Below, piece by piece: positions 1 through 9,997 of a stretch of 64,000 bases of DNA. The translations under genes were made by a program, and so were the position numbers. Numbering within the stretch: the stretch's first letter is position 1; each line of letters begins with the position of its first letter. This DNA comes from Candidatus Peribacteria bacterium (GTDB lineage: Bacteria; Patescibacteriota; Gracilibacteria; UBA1369; LOWO2-01-FULL-3), in the NCBI GenBank assembly GCA_943358175.1, contig CALRGV010000006.1, forward strand, positions 2,607-66,606, given 5' to 3'. The notes under the pieces are model-generated. The model worked only from the letters and a program-made list of their open reading frames with translations. It was not told where the DNA came from and searched no databases.

Positions 1-810
1 TTTTGTTGGTGCAGCTCGAATGAAGCAGAACGCCTCGGCCAACTAAAAGCCGCTTGCGAAGCATGTTACGACTATGCTGTCGCCTATGGCACACCATATA
101 TTTCCGGCAAAGATTCGATGTTTAATGACTTCAAAGGATTCGACGCGAAAGGCGAAGCAATTAAAATTTCCGTCCCTCCAACACTTTTAATTTCTTCACT
201 CGGTGTCCTCGACGACCTCACTCTCGCCGTTTCTTTAGATCCAAAATTCGCCGGCGATTTAATTTATATTTTAGGTGAAACAAAAGATGAATTGGGCGGC
301 AGTGAATATTTTCAGTATCAAAAAGATTTGGCAAAAAGTATCCCCGGGGACACTTTCATCGGCAACTCCGTACCAAAAGTCAACTCAAAATCCGCCATCT
401 CTCTCTACCGCGCTTTCCGCACCGCAGTTGAACAACGCCTAATTTCCTCAGCCCTCAGCCCACAATTCGGTGGACTAGGAATCACTTTGGCAAAGAAAGC
501 CATCGCCGGACAGCTCGGCATGGAAATTGATTTAGCAAAAATTCCAGGATTTAATTCGAATTTCCAGGGCGCCCCTCGCCTCGATCACCTCCTCTTCTCC
601 GAATCTCAATCTCGTTTTATCGTTACAATAAATCCGAAGAACAAAGCAGAATTCGAAAATAACTTTGCCAGCCATCCACTAGCCCAAATTGGTGTTATAA
701 ATTCCGATCAAAATTTTGTCCTCAAATCCGGCAACAAAGAAATCATCAAAACCAACATCGCCACTCTGGACCAATCCTACCGCAAAACTTTTAATAGATT
801 TTCCGAATAA
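1..810 (+). CDS. purL: Phosphoribosylformylglycinamidine synthase subunit PurL, C-terminal part (5-prime end outside window)
   Basis: Frame 1 is open from nt 1 (...AYGTPYISGKDSMFNDFKG...). C-terminal PurM-like pattern (LGETKDELGGSEY, LLFSESQSRFIV). purQ follows directly. Confidence 0.85.
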   Translation, partial: FCWCSSNEAERLGQLKAACEACYDYAVAYGTPYISGKDSMFNDFKGFDAKGEAIKISVPPTLLISSLGVLDDLTLAVSLDPKFAGDLIYILGETKDELGGSEYFQYQKDLAKSIPGDTFIGNSVPKVNSKSAISLYRAFRTAVEQRLISSALSPQFGGLGITLAKKAIAGQLGMEIDLAKIPGFNSNFQGAPRLDHLLFSESQSRFIVTINPKNKAEFENNFASHPLAQIGVINSDQNFVLKSGNKEIIKTNIATLDQSYRKTFNRFSE

Positions 811-877
811 ACAGACTTGTCAAAATTAACAGATCAAAAAGTGTTCATACGAACACGCCATAAAGCAAAAAATACAT

Positions 878-1732
878 ATGTCAACAATCCGCCCAAAAAT
901 TCTCGTCATCACCGGCTACGGCATCAACTGCGAAGAAGAAACCGCCAAGTGTTTTAATTGGGTCGGAGGCGAAGCTGAAATCATCCACATCAACGACCTC
1001 ATAGAAGGCAAATCAGCCAGCACATCTTCTGCGAAAAAACTTTCCAATTATCAAATCGTCGCTTTCCCCGGTGGCTTTTCTTATGGCGACGACACCGGTT
1101 CCGGCAATGCTCTCGCAAACAAAATCCGCAACAACCTTAAGGAAGATTTACTCACCTACCTCAAAGAAGACAAACTAGTCATCGGCATTTGTAACGGCAT
1201 GCAAATCATGGCTAATCTTGGCCTTATTCCGGCTACAGACATGAAGTACGGAGAACGCCAATCCGCCCTCATGCGCAATGTCCACGTCACTCTCGAATGT
1301 CGCTGGATTCACGTAAAAAATATTTCGAAGAAATGCATTTGGACTCGCGAAATAGACATGATGCATTTACCGGTTTCTCACGGCGAAGGAAATTTTTATG
1401 TCGAACCGGCAACCTTGGAAAAAATGAAAACAAACGATCAAATCGTTTTCAAATTTGTAAACGAAGACGGCACTCCGGCCAACAATAAATTCCCCGCAAA
1501 TCCAAACGGCGCCATGGAAGACATCACAGGCGTCTGCGATCCCAGCGGCCGCATCTTCGCCCTCATGCCTCACCCCGAACGTTTCAATTCCTGGACCAAC
1601 GAAGACGGCTGGGAACTAAAAAAAGAACAAATGATTCGTGAACAAAATTTCACACCCGGTAAAATTCTCACCTTCCCCACAGAAGGCGACGGCCTAAAAA
1701 TTCTCAGAAACGGAGTGGAGTATTTCAAATAA
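878..1732 (+). CDS. purQ: Phosphoribosylformylglycinamidine synthase, glutamine amidotransferase subunit PurQ
   Basis: Class I GATase triad context: GICNGMQIM (Cys nucleophile), VSHGEG, MPHPER. Sits next to purL. Confidence 0.9.
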   Translation: MSTIRPKILVITGYGINCEEETAKCFNWVGGEAEIIHINDLIEGKSASTSSAKKLSNYQIVAFPGGFSYGDDTGSGNALANKIRNNLKEDLLTYLKEDKLVIGICNGMQIMANLGLIPATDMKYGERQSALMRNVHVTLECRWIHVKNISKKCIWTREIDMMHLPVSHGEGNFYVEPATLEKMKTNDQIVFKFVNEDGTPANNKFPANPNGAMEDITGVCDPSGRIFALMPHPERFNSWTNEDGWELKKEQMIREQNFTPGKILTFPTEGDGLKILRNGVEYFK

Positions 1733-1757
1733 AAAATATGTTTGCTATACTTCATCC

Positions 1758-2051
1758 ATGACAATAGCAGCAATAAAAAAACAATCCTTACCAATCTTTA
1801 AAAGCCAAGGCGTTTTAAAAGCCGCAATTTTTGGTTCTTTCGCCCGTGGCGACAACAAAAAAAATAGCGACATAGATTTTCTGGTAAAAATGAAAAAAAA
1901 TAAAAGCCTCTTTGATTTTCTGGAGTTGAAATTTGCGTTAGAAAAAAAATTAAATAAAAAAGTAGACCTCGTAAGCTATATGGGAATACACCCCTTTATT
2001 AAAGATAAAATTTTAGAAGAACAAAAAATTATTTATGAAAAAAGAACCTAA
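1758..2051 (+). CDS. mntA: MNT-type nucleotidyltransferase (antitoxin of a HEPN/MNT pair)
   Basis: GSFARGDNKKNSDIDFLV matches the minimal nucleotidyltransferase GS...DxD motif. 97 aa; overlaps the next ORF by 17 nt. Confidence 0.8.
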   Translation: MTIAAIKKQSLPIFKSQGVLKAAIFGSFARGDNKKNSDIDFLVKMKKNKSLFDFLELKFALEKKLNKKVDLVSYMGIHPFIKDKILEEQKIIYEKRT

Positions 2052-2376
2052 AGTTTTTTTAGGACATATTTGTGAAAGCATTGATCATATAGAAAAATAT
2101 ATTGCATCGTTTTCTTATATACAATTCATTAAAAATCCTCAACTTCAAGATGCCGTAGTAAGAAGATTAGAAATCATAGGAGAAGCAACAAAAAATCTAC
2201 CACAAGAATTTAGAAACAAATATCCTGAAATACCATGGAAATTCATGGCTGGAACAAGAGATGTGATGAGCCATGAATATTTCGGCGTAGACTTTATGAT
2301 GATCTGGAACATCATAAAAAAGGAACTTCCATCACTCAAGATAAAGATTTTAAAATTAATAGAAAACCTAAACTAA
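2035..2376 (+). CDS. hepT: HEPN (DUF86) domain protein, toxin of the HEPN/MNT pair
   Basis: RDVMSHEY is an R-x4-H HEPN motif near the C-terminus. 113 aa; translationally coupled to the MNT gene. Confidence 0.8.
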   Translation: MKKEPKVFLGHICESIDHIEKYIASFSYIQFIKNPQLQDAVVRRLEIIGEATKNLPQEFRNKYPEIPWKFMAGTRDVMSHEYFGVDFMMIWNIIKKELPSLKIKILKLIENLN

Positions 2377-2381
2377 TTCCC

Positions 2382-2696
2382 ATGGAACCAATCCTCACCA
2401 CCCACGAAATCACTAAAACAAATTTTCTCACAAAATTCACCCTCGTCCTTTTCGGAATACTTATCACCAGCATCATCTTCGCCATCACCCTAAAACTCTT
2501 CGAAATTCCCGGCATCTGGATAGGACTGACCCTCTGCGCCATCCTGATTTTCTTGGGACTACGCTACAAAGCACCGGGAAGCCACCTACGCCTCATAGCC
2601 TGGAGCATGCTCGGCACCATCATCACATTCACTATCGTCTACTTCATCAGCCTCAGCTACGTTCAAAACACACTACAAGAGTTTGAGACGAAGTGA
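2382..2696 (+). CDS. Small hypothetical membrane protein (3 predicted TM helices)
   Basis: ATG-initiated ORF with hydrophobic stretches. No recognisable motif. Confidence 0.5.
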   Translation: MEPILTTHEITKTNFLTKFTLVLFGILITSIIFAITLKLFEIPGIWIGLTLCAILIFLGLRYKAPGSHLRLIAWSMLGTIITFTIVYFISLSYVQNTLQEFETK

Positions 2697-2721
2697 TCAC
2701 GTAGATTCACCTAGTCGTAAC

Positions 2722-3276
2722 TTAAACATCTGAGCTAATTGCACTTGGATCAGTATTTTCGTTATTAGAATCGGTTCCATGCAAAAACCATCCGAACGAA
2801 AGCAAAAAGATAAAACAAAAAACCACAATCATATACAAATAAACCCTTTTATAAAATTCCTTAAAAAACTCTGCAATAAATATTCCAACAAGATATCCAA
2901 TTAAAAAAACAATAAAGAAAATTCCAACTAAATATTCGAATCCCTCAGGCCACAAAAATTGCATTTCAAATCTATTAAGATAGATAATACTAGCCACAAC
3001 GATATAAGAAACAAAAAAAATCATTCCTCTTCTTTTTACATTATTTTCAACAAAGAAAAGGCTAATAAAAGAAGTAGCAAGGCCTAAAACAACGGCAAAA
3101 AAAAGACTAATAACTAAATTAGTTCCACCAATAAAACCCAAACTACCAATCAAATGAACAGTCTGACTAAAAACAATTGGGGATAAATAAAAACTTATAA
3201 ATCCCAAAACAAACGAGCCGAAATTTCTCACTAAAGAATCAGATGAGACTGCCAACGAAGTATTGTTGTTTTCCAT
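2722..3276 (-). CDS. Hypothetical polytopic membrane protein
   Basis: 184-aa ORF with 5-6 hydrophobic helices. No recognisable motif. Confidence 0.55.
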   Translation of the reverse strand: MENNNTSLAVSSDSLVRNFGSFVLGFISFYLSPIVFSQTVHLIGSLGFIGGTNLVISLFFAVVLGLATSFISLFFVENNVKRRGMIFFVSYIVVASIIYLNRFEMQFLWPEGFEYLVGIFFIVFLIGYLVGIFIAEFFKEFYKRVYLYMIVVFCFIFLLSFGWFLHGTDSNNENTDPSAISSDV

Positions 3277-3300
3277 AAAAAATATAAAAAAATAAATTCT

Positions 3301-5553
3301 CTACTCACTCAAAATCCTCCTCGGCTTCGCCCCATCTGCCGGACCTACCACGCCATTTTTCTCAAGCAAATCTATCAGACGAGCCGCCCTCGCATAACCC
3401 AATTTCAAATGTCTCTGTAACAACGAGGCCGAAGCCTTACGCGTCTGTATTACAAGCTGGAAAGCCTGTTCGTACATATCATCCCCATCACCATCATCAC
3501 CGGAAGGCGCAATGCGTGAATTTGGTACCCCCACAAGACTTTGCTTCGCAGTCTCCATACTCGTGATTGCCTCATCATATTTCGGCTCCGTAGTAAGCTT
3601 TACCCGATTCGTCACACGCTCAATTTCATCAGTAGAAACGTAAATACCTTGCACTCTTAAAGGTTTATTCATCCCTGGCGGCAAATAAAGCATATCACCC
3701 TTGCCAAGCAAATCCTCCGCTCCAACACCATCCAAAATCGTCCTGGAATCTATCTGACTGCTCACCGCAAAAGAAATTCTCGACGGAATATTGGCCTTAA
3801 TCAAACCGGTAATCACATCAACCGAAGGTCTCTGCGTCGCAATAATCAAATGAATTCCCACTGCGCGCGCCATCTGCGCCACGCGACAAATAGATGCTTC
3901 CACTTCCTTACCGGCCGCCATCATCAAATCCGCCAACTCATCAATCACCACAATAATTCTCGGCAATTTATTTATACCGCTAAGATCATTATATTCATTA
4001 ATATTTCTAACCCGATTATGAGAAAGTTCGCTATATCTGCGACCCATTTCCGCTACCACCCAGCGTAAACTGATCGCCGCTTTTTCCGGATCCTGAATCA
4101 CCGGCGTCAATAAATGCGGAATACTATTATAAGAACTCAATTCCACACGTTTCGGATCCACCATAATCAAACGCAAATCCCTTGGTGAATTCTGATACAA
4201 AAGCGCCGTCAAAAACACATTCATCGCCACCGACTTTCCACTACCGGTCGCACCGGCAATAAGCAAATGTGGCATGAGTTCCAAGTTGCCAATAATTGGC
4301 TTACCCGCAACATCTCTGCCCAACGGCAAACTCAATTTAGACTTGGCTTCTGCAAACTCGGCGGATTCCAAAATTTCCCGCAAATATACTGTCGCCCTAT
4401 TCTCACTTGGGACTTCAATTCCCACCAAAGATTTACCGGGAATTGGCGCCTCTATACGTATTCTTTCCGCCGCCAAAGCCAAAGCCAAATCATTTTTCAA
4501 AGCTGTAATTTTCGACAACTTCACTCCCTCATGTGGTTTCAAAGTATATTGAATTACCGTCGGACCCACATTTACTTCGTGCATCGTCACCTCAATTCCA
4601 AACTGAGACAATTTTTTCTTGATTTTCTCGGCATTCGCCATCAAAACATCATCATCCACCGTCACATTACTATCACCGGTTTTGAGCAAATCCAAAGAAG
4701 GAAATTCCCACTCATATACCTCCTCTTCAGCTTGCTTTTCCTTTTCTGAAAGCTCAGCTTCCACTTCCTTTGCCCTATCTTCATTAATAATAATTTTCGG
4801 TTTTTCATCGTCATCTTTCATATCATTTTCATCTCCCATAATCACTCCGCCATTTTTCAATTTATTACCACTGCTAATATGAGATTTTCTAATCATAATT
4901 TCCGGCCTCTCTTCTTCATCATCTTCTTCAACAGCAGACTTTTTACCACTAAAAGCAAAACCGAATAATCCTCTGGTCGGAGGCTCGATTTTCCTCTTCG
5001 ATTCCTTTACCATTTCAATCTTAATTTGTGGAATGATAAAAGCAAAAAGCTCTCTCAAAGAAAGTTCAAAAACCAGCAATAATGAAATCAAAAAACTTGC
5101 CACGAAAACAATCGTCGCCGTCACCCGTCCCACGCCCAATACATCCAAAACCAAAAAGTTCGTCACAAACCCTACATATCCTCCATACTTACCAAGCGCC
5201 GCATAATCATGAATCCTATCCGCCGGAACCGAAAGATGAATTATACTCAAAGCTGAAAAAAGCATTAGAATCAAACCGGCCAAGCGCGCCGTCCCAAAAA
5301 TAACCTTCTTTGAAAAAAACAAAATTCCCGCAATCATAAAAAACACCAAGGGCACCAAAAAAACACCCCAACCAAAAACCGGAGCCAGCAAATCAAAAAC
5401 CCATCCCGTACCCGGTAAAGTAAAATCGCTCTTCAAACTCAGGACTGAAATAATGCCCAAAGCCAAATAAATTATAGCCCAAATTTCTTTTGCGACCGAC
5501 GGCTTCACCTTGATGGTCATGGCTGCCCGACGCCTTCTATGCCTCCTACCCAT
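3301..5553 (-). CDS. ftsK: DNA translocase FtsK/SpoIIIE
   Basis: N-terminal TM helices, acidic linker, motor domain with Walker A GATGSGKS and DELADLMM, C-terminal gamma wHTH (ASASLLQRHLKLGYARAARLID). An alternative ATG at 5520 is possible. Confidence 0.9.
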   Translation of the reverse strand: MGRRHRRRRAAMTIKVKPSVAKEIWAIIYLALGIISVLSLKSDFTLPGTGWVFDLLAPVFGWGVFLVPLVFFMIAGILFFSKKVIFGTARLAGLILMLFSALSIIHLSVPADRIHDYAALGKYGGYVGFVTNFLVLDVLGVGRVTATIVFVASFLISLLLVFELSLRELFAFIIPQIKIEMVKESKRKIEPPTRGLFGFAFSGKKSAVEEDDEEERPEIMIRKSHISSGNKLKNGGVIMGDENDMKDDDEKPKIIINEDRAKEVEAELSEKEKQAEEEVYEWEFPSLDLLKTGDSNVTVDDDVLMANAEKIKKKLSQFGIEVTMHEVNVGPTVIQYTLKPHEGVKLSKITALKNDLALALAAERIRIEAPIPGKSLVGIEVPSENRATVYLREILESAEFAEAKSKLSLPLGRDVAGKPIIGNLELMPHLLIAGATGSGKSVAMNVFLTALLYQNSPRDLRLIMVDPKRVELSSYNSIPHLLTPVIQDPEKAAISLRWVVAEMGRRYSELSHNRVRNINEYNDLSGINKLPRIIVVIDELADLMMAAGKEVEASICRVAQMARAVGIHLIIATQRPSVDVITGLIKANIPSRISFAVSSQIDSRTILDGVGAEDLLGKGDMLYLPPGMNKPLRVQGIYVSTDEIERVTNRVKLTTEPKYDEAITSMETAKQSLVGVPNSRIAPSGDDGDGDDMYEQAFQLVIQTRKASASLLQRHLKLGYARAARLIDLLEKNGVVGPADGAKPRRILSE

Positions 5554-5620
5554 TTTTCAGGAACTTAAAGGAATGTTCGACTCCAGTACTATATCTAAAA
5601 AAGCTTTTTTTGGCTAGAGC

Positions 5621-6550
5621 CTAGAGACGAATTTCACGCAAAGATTGGATAGCGGCACGGGCCAAAATCTTAGCCGTCCTCGCCACTTTACCATGATCAA
5701 TTTTCAAATTGGCAATATCCCATCTATCATCCTCAGCGACACCCTCGGTCAATAAATCTTTTGGAAAGTCCAAGGATAGACCGGGATGAGTCAACATATG
5801 CCAGGTAGATCGAACATTCCTGGCCGGATAACCGGGTCTCGGATATGGATTATTTCGCCTAAAACCTACTCCGTCATCAGCTAAAGCCATTGCCACATTT
5901 CTAAAAACAACAGGACTGGCAATCATTCCTTCTCCAGGTATATCTGTTATTAAATCCAAACTCCTCCTTGCTCCACGCTGTGATCTGCTTCCATAAGCAA
6001 AATTATATTCATTTAATCTACCGGGCTGTTCACTCTGCAAATCCTTTGGAGTATGGGAAGCCATACTATGGAGATCAAAAAAAATTCCATTACTTTTACC
6101 AATTCCTGACAATCTTTTATCAACAATGCTGATAGCTGCATCATGAACATGCCTCAACAATTCTCCACTACCGCCAAATTTGCCATAACCAAACACATTT
6201 CTATTTGAGAACCCGGAAACCCTATTCGGATCAACAAGTCCTCTCTCAAAAAGTACCTGCACCACGTCAACTCTTAAATCACCTCTAATATCAACAATTT
6301 CTTGGGCAATACCATGTGCCAGCTCATTAGCCCCAAAATCCGCATCAATTCTAAAATATGTTTCTAAAGTATCTCCATCATCATCAAAAGATCCGTTCAA
6401 CTTTCTAACCAGCTGACGAGAATTTCCACCATGAGGAGAAAGCAAAACAATATCCGGATTATCTTTCTCCGCACCATACGAAGTTGTCTTCACCAAATCA
6501 ATATCTTCCATAGACTCAACTATTTGTCGCGGACCATTATTAAAAGACAT
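5621..6550 (-). CDS. Hypothetical hydrolase, N-formylglutamate amidohydrolase (FGase)-like
   Basis: By-eye matches to FGase-family motifs: LLSPHGGNS, FFDLHSM, NNPYPRPGY. Not verified by profile search. Confidence 0.45.
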   Translation of the reverse strand: MSFNNGPRQIVESMEDIDLVKTTSYGAEKDNPDIVLLSPHGGNSRQLVRKLNGSFDDDGDTLETYFRIDADFGANELAHGIAQEIVDIRGDLRVDVVQVLFERGLVDPNRVSGFSNRNVFGYGKFGGSGELLRHVHDAAISIVDKRLSGIGKSNGIFFDLHSMASHTPKDLQSEQPGRLNEYNFAYGSRSQRGARRSLDLITDIPGEGMIASPVVFRNVAMALADDGVGFRRNNPYPRPGYPARNVRSTWHMLTHPGLSLDFPKDLLTEGVAEDDRWDIANLKIDHGKVARTAKILARAAIQSLREIRL

Positions 6551-6607
6551 ATTTAAAATAAACTGTTCGGCAATAAATCATAAACGAAAATATTTTTTTG
6601 TCAAATC

Positions 6608-8059
6608 TTAGAATTGTTGATCAAGCAAAGCCACAATCTTATCAATCATCGGCCGCACTCTTAGAACGCTTTCTTCCGAATTATAAGGATGATTATAAAT
6701 ATGCACGCTAAAAATAATATTTTTTCCTCCATCCACCTCACGCAAAATTTTACCCGAAAGACTGGAAGAAAATTCATGAGTACCCGTCTTCCCAAGAACC
6801 TGATGTTTCAATCCCGCATCATCAAAACGATGCTTCAAAGTCCCATCCTTTTGCGATTCCGGCAAAGAATTCCAAAAAATATTTTTCCAACTTTGCGTAT
6901 CAATAAAATCAAACAGTTTCAAAATTGCATTTCCTGTCACCCTGGTAGCAGGCGCCAAAGCGGAACCATCAAAAGCACTCACTTCTGCTTCCTCCAGCCC
7001 GATTTCAGCAAAAAAATCATTCAAAACAATCACTCCTTCCGCCTGACTGCCCTCTACACCCACTTCCCTTCCCAAGGTCCTCACAAGCGTCTCCGCATAA
7101 TTATTTTTGCTAAATTTCAACATCTGAAAAACAATCTCCGTCAAAGACCCGGATTTATGCTCGTAAATTAATTTCTCTTTTTTAATATCTCCAGTAAAAG
7201 GCAAAACCTTAGCACTATTATCCATCAAACCGGCCTTCACCAATTCTTGTTTAAAAACCATCGCCGTCAACAAACTCGGATCCTTAACAGTCGCCGAAGT
7301 TCTAAAAGGCAAATCTTTCATCGTATCTCCCTCCAAAACCACTACTCCACTATCATCCATTCTGGCCGTCACCGCCAATTCCATCTGATTAGCATCTTCA
7401 AAATAGGTCAAATGATCCACAATTTTTCCATAATTTTCCAGTGGCTTGGTTTCAATTCCATACTTTCCAGTATTCCCTATTTCACCACTACGAATACTCA
7501 ATAAATTATCATCAATTTGCAGACCGGTAATCGGAACTGAAAAATACTGCACTCTCCAATCCAAATCCCAGCCCGGACCAAACTCCTCACCCTGAAAATA
7601 GCTATCATCATAATATATATCACCAAAGTTACCCGAATTTTTCTTCAAAGCAGCCACGAATTCCGCAAAATCCGCCTGTTTCAAACTCGGATCGCCTCCC
7701 CCAACCAAAATCAGATTCATTTTTGAACCTTGTGCCTGAGCATATAGCTTAGTTTTAAAAGTAAAATCCGGCCCCAAATTTTTTAAACCGGCCGCAGCGG
7801 TAAAAAGCTTAAAATTCGAACCGGGATGAATCCTCTTGCCACCATTGTAATCAAAAAAAACCTCGCTTTCCCCTTCATAACCGGCACTGACAGCAATCAC
7901 TGACCCCTTGAGGTCCCGGCCATTCTCAACCTTCTCTAAAAAATTCACAAAATTTCTATGTTTAATAAAAGGCACTGCAAAAAAAATCACCACAAAAAGC
8001 ACCACTAAAGTCCCCAACCAATAGCCGAAATTTCTTTTACTGAAGACAAAACTTGACAT
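6608..8059 (-). CDS. dacB: D-alanyl-D-alanine carboxypeptidase/endopeptidase, PBP4 type (peptidase S13)
   Basis: N-terminal TM anchor, SNFK (SxxK), LGKTGT (KTG). Length is typical of PBP4. Confidence 0.8.
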   Translation of the reverse strand: MSSFVFSKRNFGYWLGTLVVLFVVIFFAVPFIKHRNFVNFLEKVENGRDLKGSVIAVSAGYEGESEVFFDYNGGKRIHPGSNFKLFTAAAGLKNLGPDFTFKTKLYAQAQGSKMNLILVGGGDPSLKQADFAEFVAALKKNSGNFGDIYYDDSYFQGEEFGPGWDLDWRVQYFSVPITGLQIDDNLLSIRSGEIGNTGKYGIETKPLENYGKIVDHLTYFEDANQMELAVTARMDDSGVVVLEGDTMKDLPFRTSATVKDPSLLTAMVFKQELVKAGLMDNSAKVLPFTGDIKKEKLIYEHKSGSLTEIVFQMLKFSKNNYAETLVRTLGREVGVEGSQAEGVIVLNDFFAEIGLEEAEVSAFDGSALAPATRVTGNAILKLFDFIDTQSWKNIFWNSLPESQKDGTLKHRFDDAGLKHQVLGKTGTHEFSSSLSGKILREVDGGKNIIFSVHIYNHPYNSEESVLRVRPMIDKIVALLDQQF

Positions 8060-8110
8060 TACGTAAGATTAAGTATTAAATCAACACATATACATTTTAC
8101 CCCAAAATCG

Positions 8111-8677
8111 ATGTCAAAAAAACTAAGTTTAACTCTCACAGCAATTATAGCAACAGTCGGTCTCACCGCATTTTCAATTTCCAATGCTTTCGCTTTGGAT
8201 GGAGACCCTCAGGACACAGCACCTTTGACTTCAGCTAAGCAGCTCTGTAAAGAGGCAACTAAAAACTTTTCAAAAGACAAGAATGCCATCAAAGCAAAAG
8301 GTCTTAGCTCACAAAAATGGATGGAGGATAATGGAGCAAAAATGAGTCAGGCAGAACTTGATGAAATGAAGAAAAATGAGGATCTGGCTATCAAGGATAT
8401 CAAAGATTACAAAAAGAAAGTTTGCGCTGAAGCTAAAACTGAAGGACAACCATTAACCTCAGCCGTTCAACTTTGCAAAGAAGCGACTAAGAACTACAAA
8501 AAGGATACTTCTGCCATCAAAAAAAAGGGACTTAGCGCACAAAAATGGATGGAGGATAATGGAGCAAAAATGAGTCAGGCAGAACTTGATGAAATGAAGA
8601 AAAATGAGGATCTATCTATCAAAGATATAAAAGATTACAAAAAGAAAGTTTGCGCTGAAGCCAAAGCCGGCAAATAA
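8111..8677 (+). CDS. Secreted Lys/Glu-rich protein built from two 76-aa tandem repeats
   Basis: Signal peptide (…ISNAFA/LDG). Residues 38-113 and 114-188 are near-identical repeats with two Cys each. Confidence 0.7.
   Translation: MSKKLSLTLTAIIATVGLTAFSISNAFALDGDPQDTAPLTSAKQLCKEATKNFSKDKNAIKAKGLSSQKWMEDNGAKMSQAELDEMKKNEDLAIKDIKDYKKKVCAEAKTEGQPLTSAVQLCKEATKNYKKDTSAIKKKGLSAQKWMEDNGAKMSQAELDEMKKNEDLSIKDIKDYKKKVCAEAKAGK
8222..8677 (+). repeat. Intragenic tandem duplication, 2 x 228 nt
   Basis: Unit 1 is 8222-8449 and unit 2 is 8450-8677. A 76-nt core is identical (8310-8385 = 8538-8613). Confidence 0.9.
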
Positions 8678-8699
8678 TTGAAAACTAAATAAACAGTCA

Positions 8700-9992
8700 A
8701 TGACCAGAATTTACTCATTACAAAAATGGATTCTGGTCATTTTGTTATTAAGCTCAGCCTTGATATTTAACCCCTTCATCAATACAGAGGTTTTTGAATT
8801 TCCAAAAATACTGGCATTAATTTTCACCAGCGGACTGCTCACGGTTATTACTATCATCGATATTCAGCTGAATAAATTGCCTAAAATAGACTTAGGCAAT
8901 TCAAAAAAAGCATTGCTATGCCTGGGCATAATATTTTTGACACAAATATTATCCTATATTTTTTCCACAGATCGCAGTGTCTCATTAATGGGCGAAGAAT
9001 TACGTTACCAGGGTTTACTCACTAACCTCCACTATCTACTTTTAGTACTGAACACATTTTATTTTTTCATCAAACACCAAGACGAAAAAACAAACTCGGT
9101 TTTCAAATGGCTGATTATCAGCTTAGTTGTAAGCTGTATTTTTGCGGTAATGCCGTATTTTTTTCCAAAACCCTTTCCCTTTTACTTTTTCACTCCAGAT
9201 TCATTTTTCAACAGAGTATACGGCACTTTCGGTAATCCAAACTATTTGGCAGTTTTCATTATTGGCACACTACCATTTTTAATTTTTCATAAAAATTTAA
9301 AGAAAATTTTTCTTTACCCAACCATATTATTTTGCCTTATAACCTTATTCCTCACCGGCTCAAGAAGCGCTTGGATAAGCTCAATATTAGCCTTTTTGAT
9401 AATTGGAATTCTCCTTGTGATAAAAAACAAAAACTACAAAACCCTCATCGTCACAACCGGCATAATTGCACTTTCTATCTTTGCCGTAACCATCAAAAAA
9501 TATGCCGTCCCAATTATTCCCCAATTTGAAAGGCTGTCCCTCGACACCGAAAAATCCACCTCCATACAAACACGCCTACACCTTTGGAAAGCCGGCCTCG
9601 AAATGAGCCTAAAAAAAACACTGACGGGCTACGGACAAGACATGATTCAGAAAAATATTGAACCGTATCTTCCGACATATCTAAAGCCAAACGACGAATT
9701 TTTCATCGATCGCACGCATAGCGAATTCATCGATATTCTCGTGAGTGGAGGTATTTTTAATCTGCTCGCCTATATCTCCCTACTAATTCTAGTACTGACT
9801 AAATCCGCCAAAACCATCATCATAAACAAGATCGTAGATCCTAACTTTCTGGCCAGTTTTACAGCTTTGACCGGCATCATCATCTTTCACGCTGTAAATT
9901 TCTCCATCACCTCCAGCAATATTCTCCTATATTTTTTACTTGGCTATTTATTAGCCAAAAATATTTCTGTATACTCGGATCATAAATCCTAA
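8700..9992 (+). CDS. O-antigen ligase-like (Wzy_C family) polytopic membrane protein
   Basis: About 10-12 TM helices; LTGSRSAW motif; extracytoplasmic loop with RTHSEFIDIL. Confidence 0.65.
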   Translation: MTRIYSLQKWILVILLLSSALIFNPFINTEVFEFPKILALIFTSGLLTVITIIDIQLNKLPKIDLGNSKKALLCLGIIFLTQILSYIFSTDRSVSLMGEELRYQGLLTNLHYLLLVLNTFYFFIKHQDEKTNSVFKWLIISLVVSCIFAVMPYFFPKPFPFYFFTPDSFFNRVYGTFGNPNYLAVFIIGTLPFLIFHKNLKKIFLYPTILFCLITLFLTGSRSAWISSILAFLIIGILLVIKNKNYKTLIVTTGIIALSIFAVTIKKYAVPIIPQFERLSLDTEKSTSIQTRLHLWKAGLEMSLKKTLTGYGQDMIQKNIEPYLPTYLKPNDEFFIDRTHSEFIDILVSGGIFNLLAYISLLILVLTKSAKTIIINKIVDPNFLASFTALTGIIIFHAVNFSITSSNILLYFLLGYLLAKNISVYSDHKS

Positions 9993-9997
9993 AAATT

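Noticed and set aside
811-877. Small hairpin gtgttc-atac-gaacac between purL and purQ, considered as an attenuator.
   Set aside because: It is a 6-bp stem with no U-run and no leader ORF, and the genes belong to one pathway and are probably co-transcribed. The evidence is insufficient.
3850-5303. Multiple 70-160-aa ORFs antisense to ftsK. Similar shadows occur in nifS-like (28908-29876), aguB/aguA (30758-31189), the 851-aa gene (35291-37571), dnaK (60142-61758) and elsewhere.
   Set aside because: Each lies fully inside a long, well-supported gene on the opposite strand, with biased, repetitive amino-acid composition. These are typical antisense artefacts.
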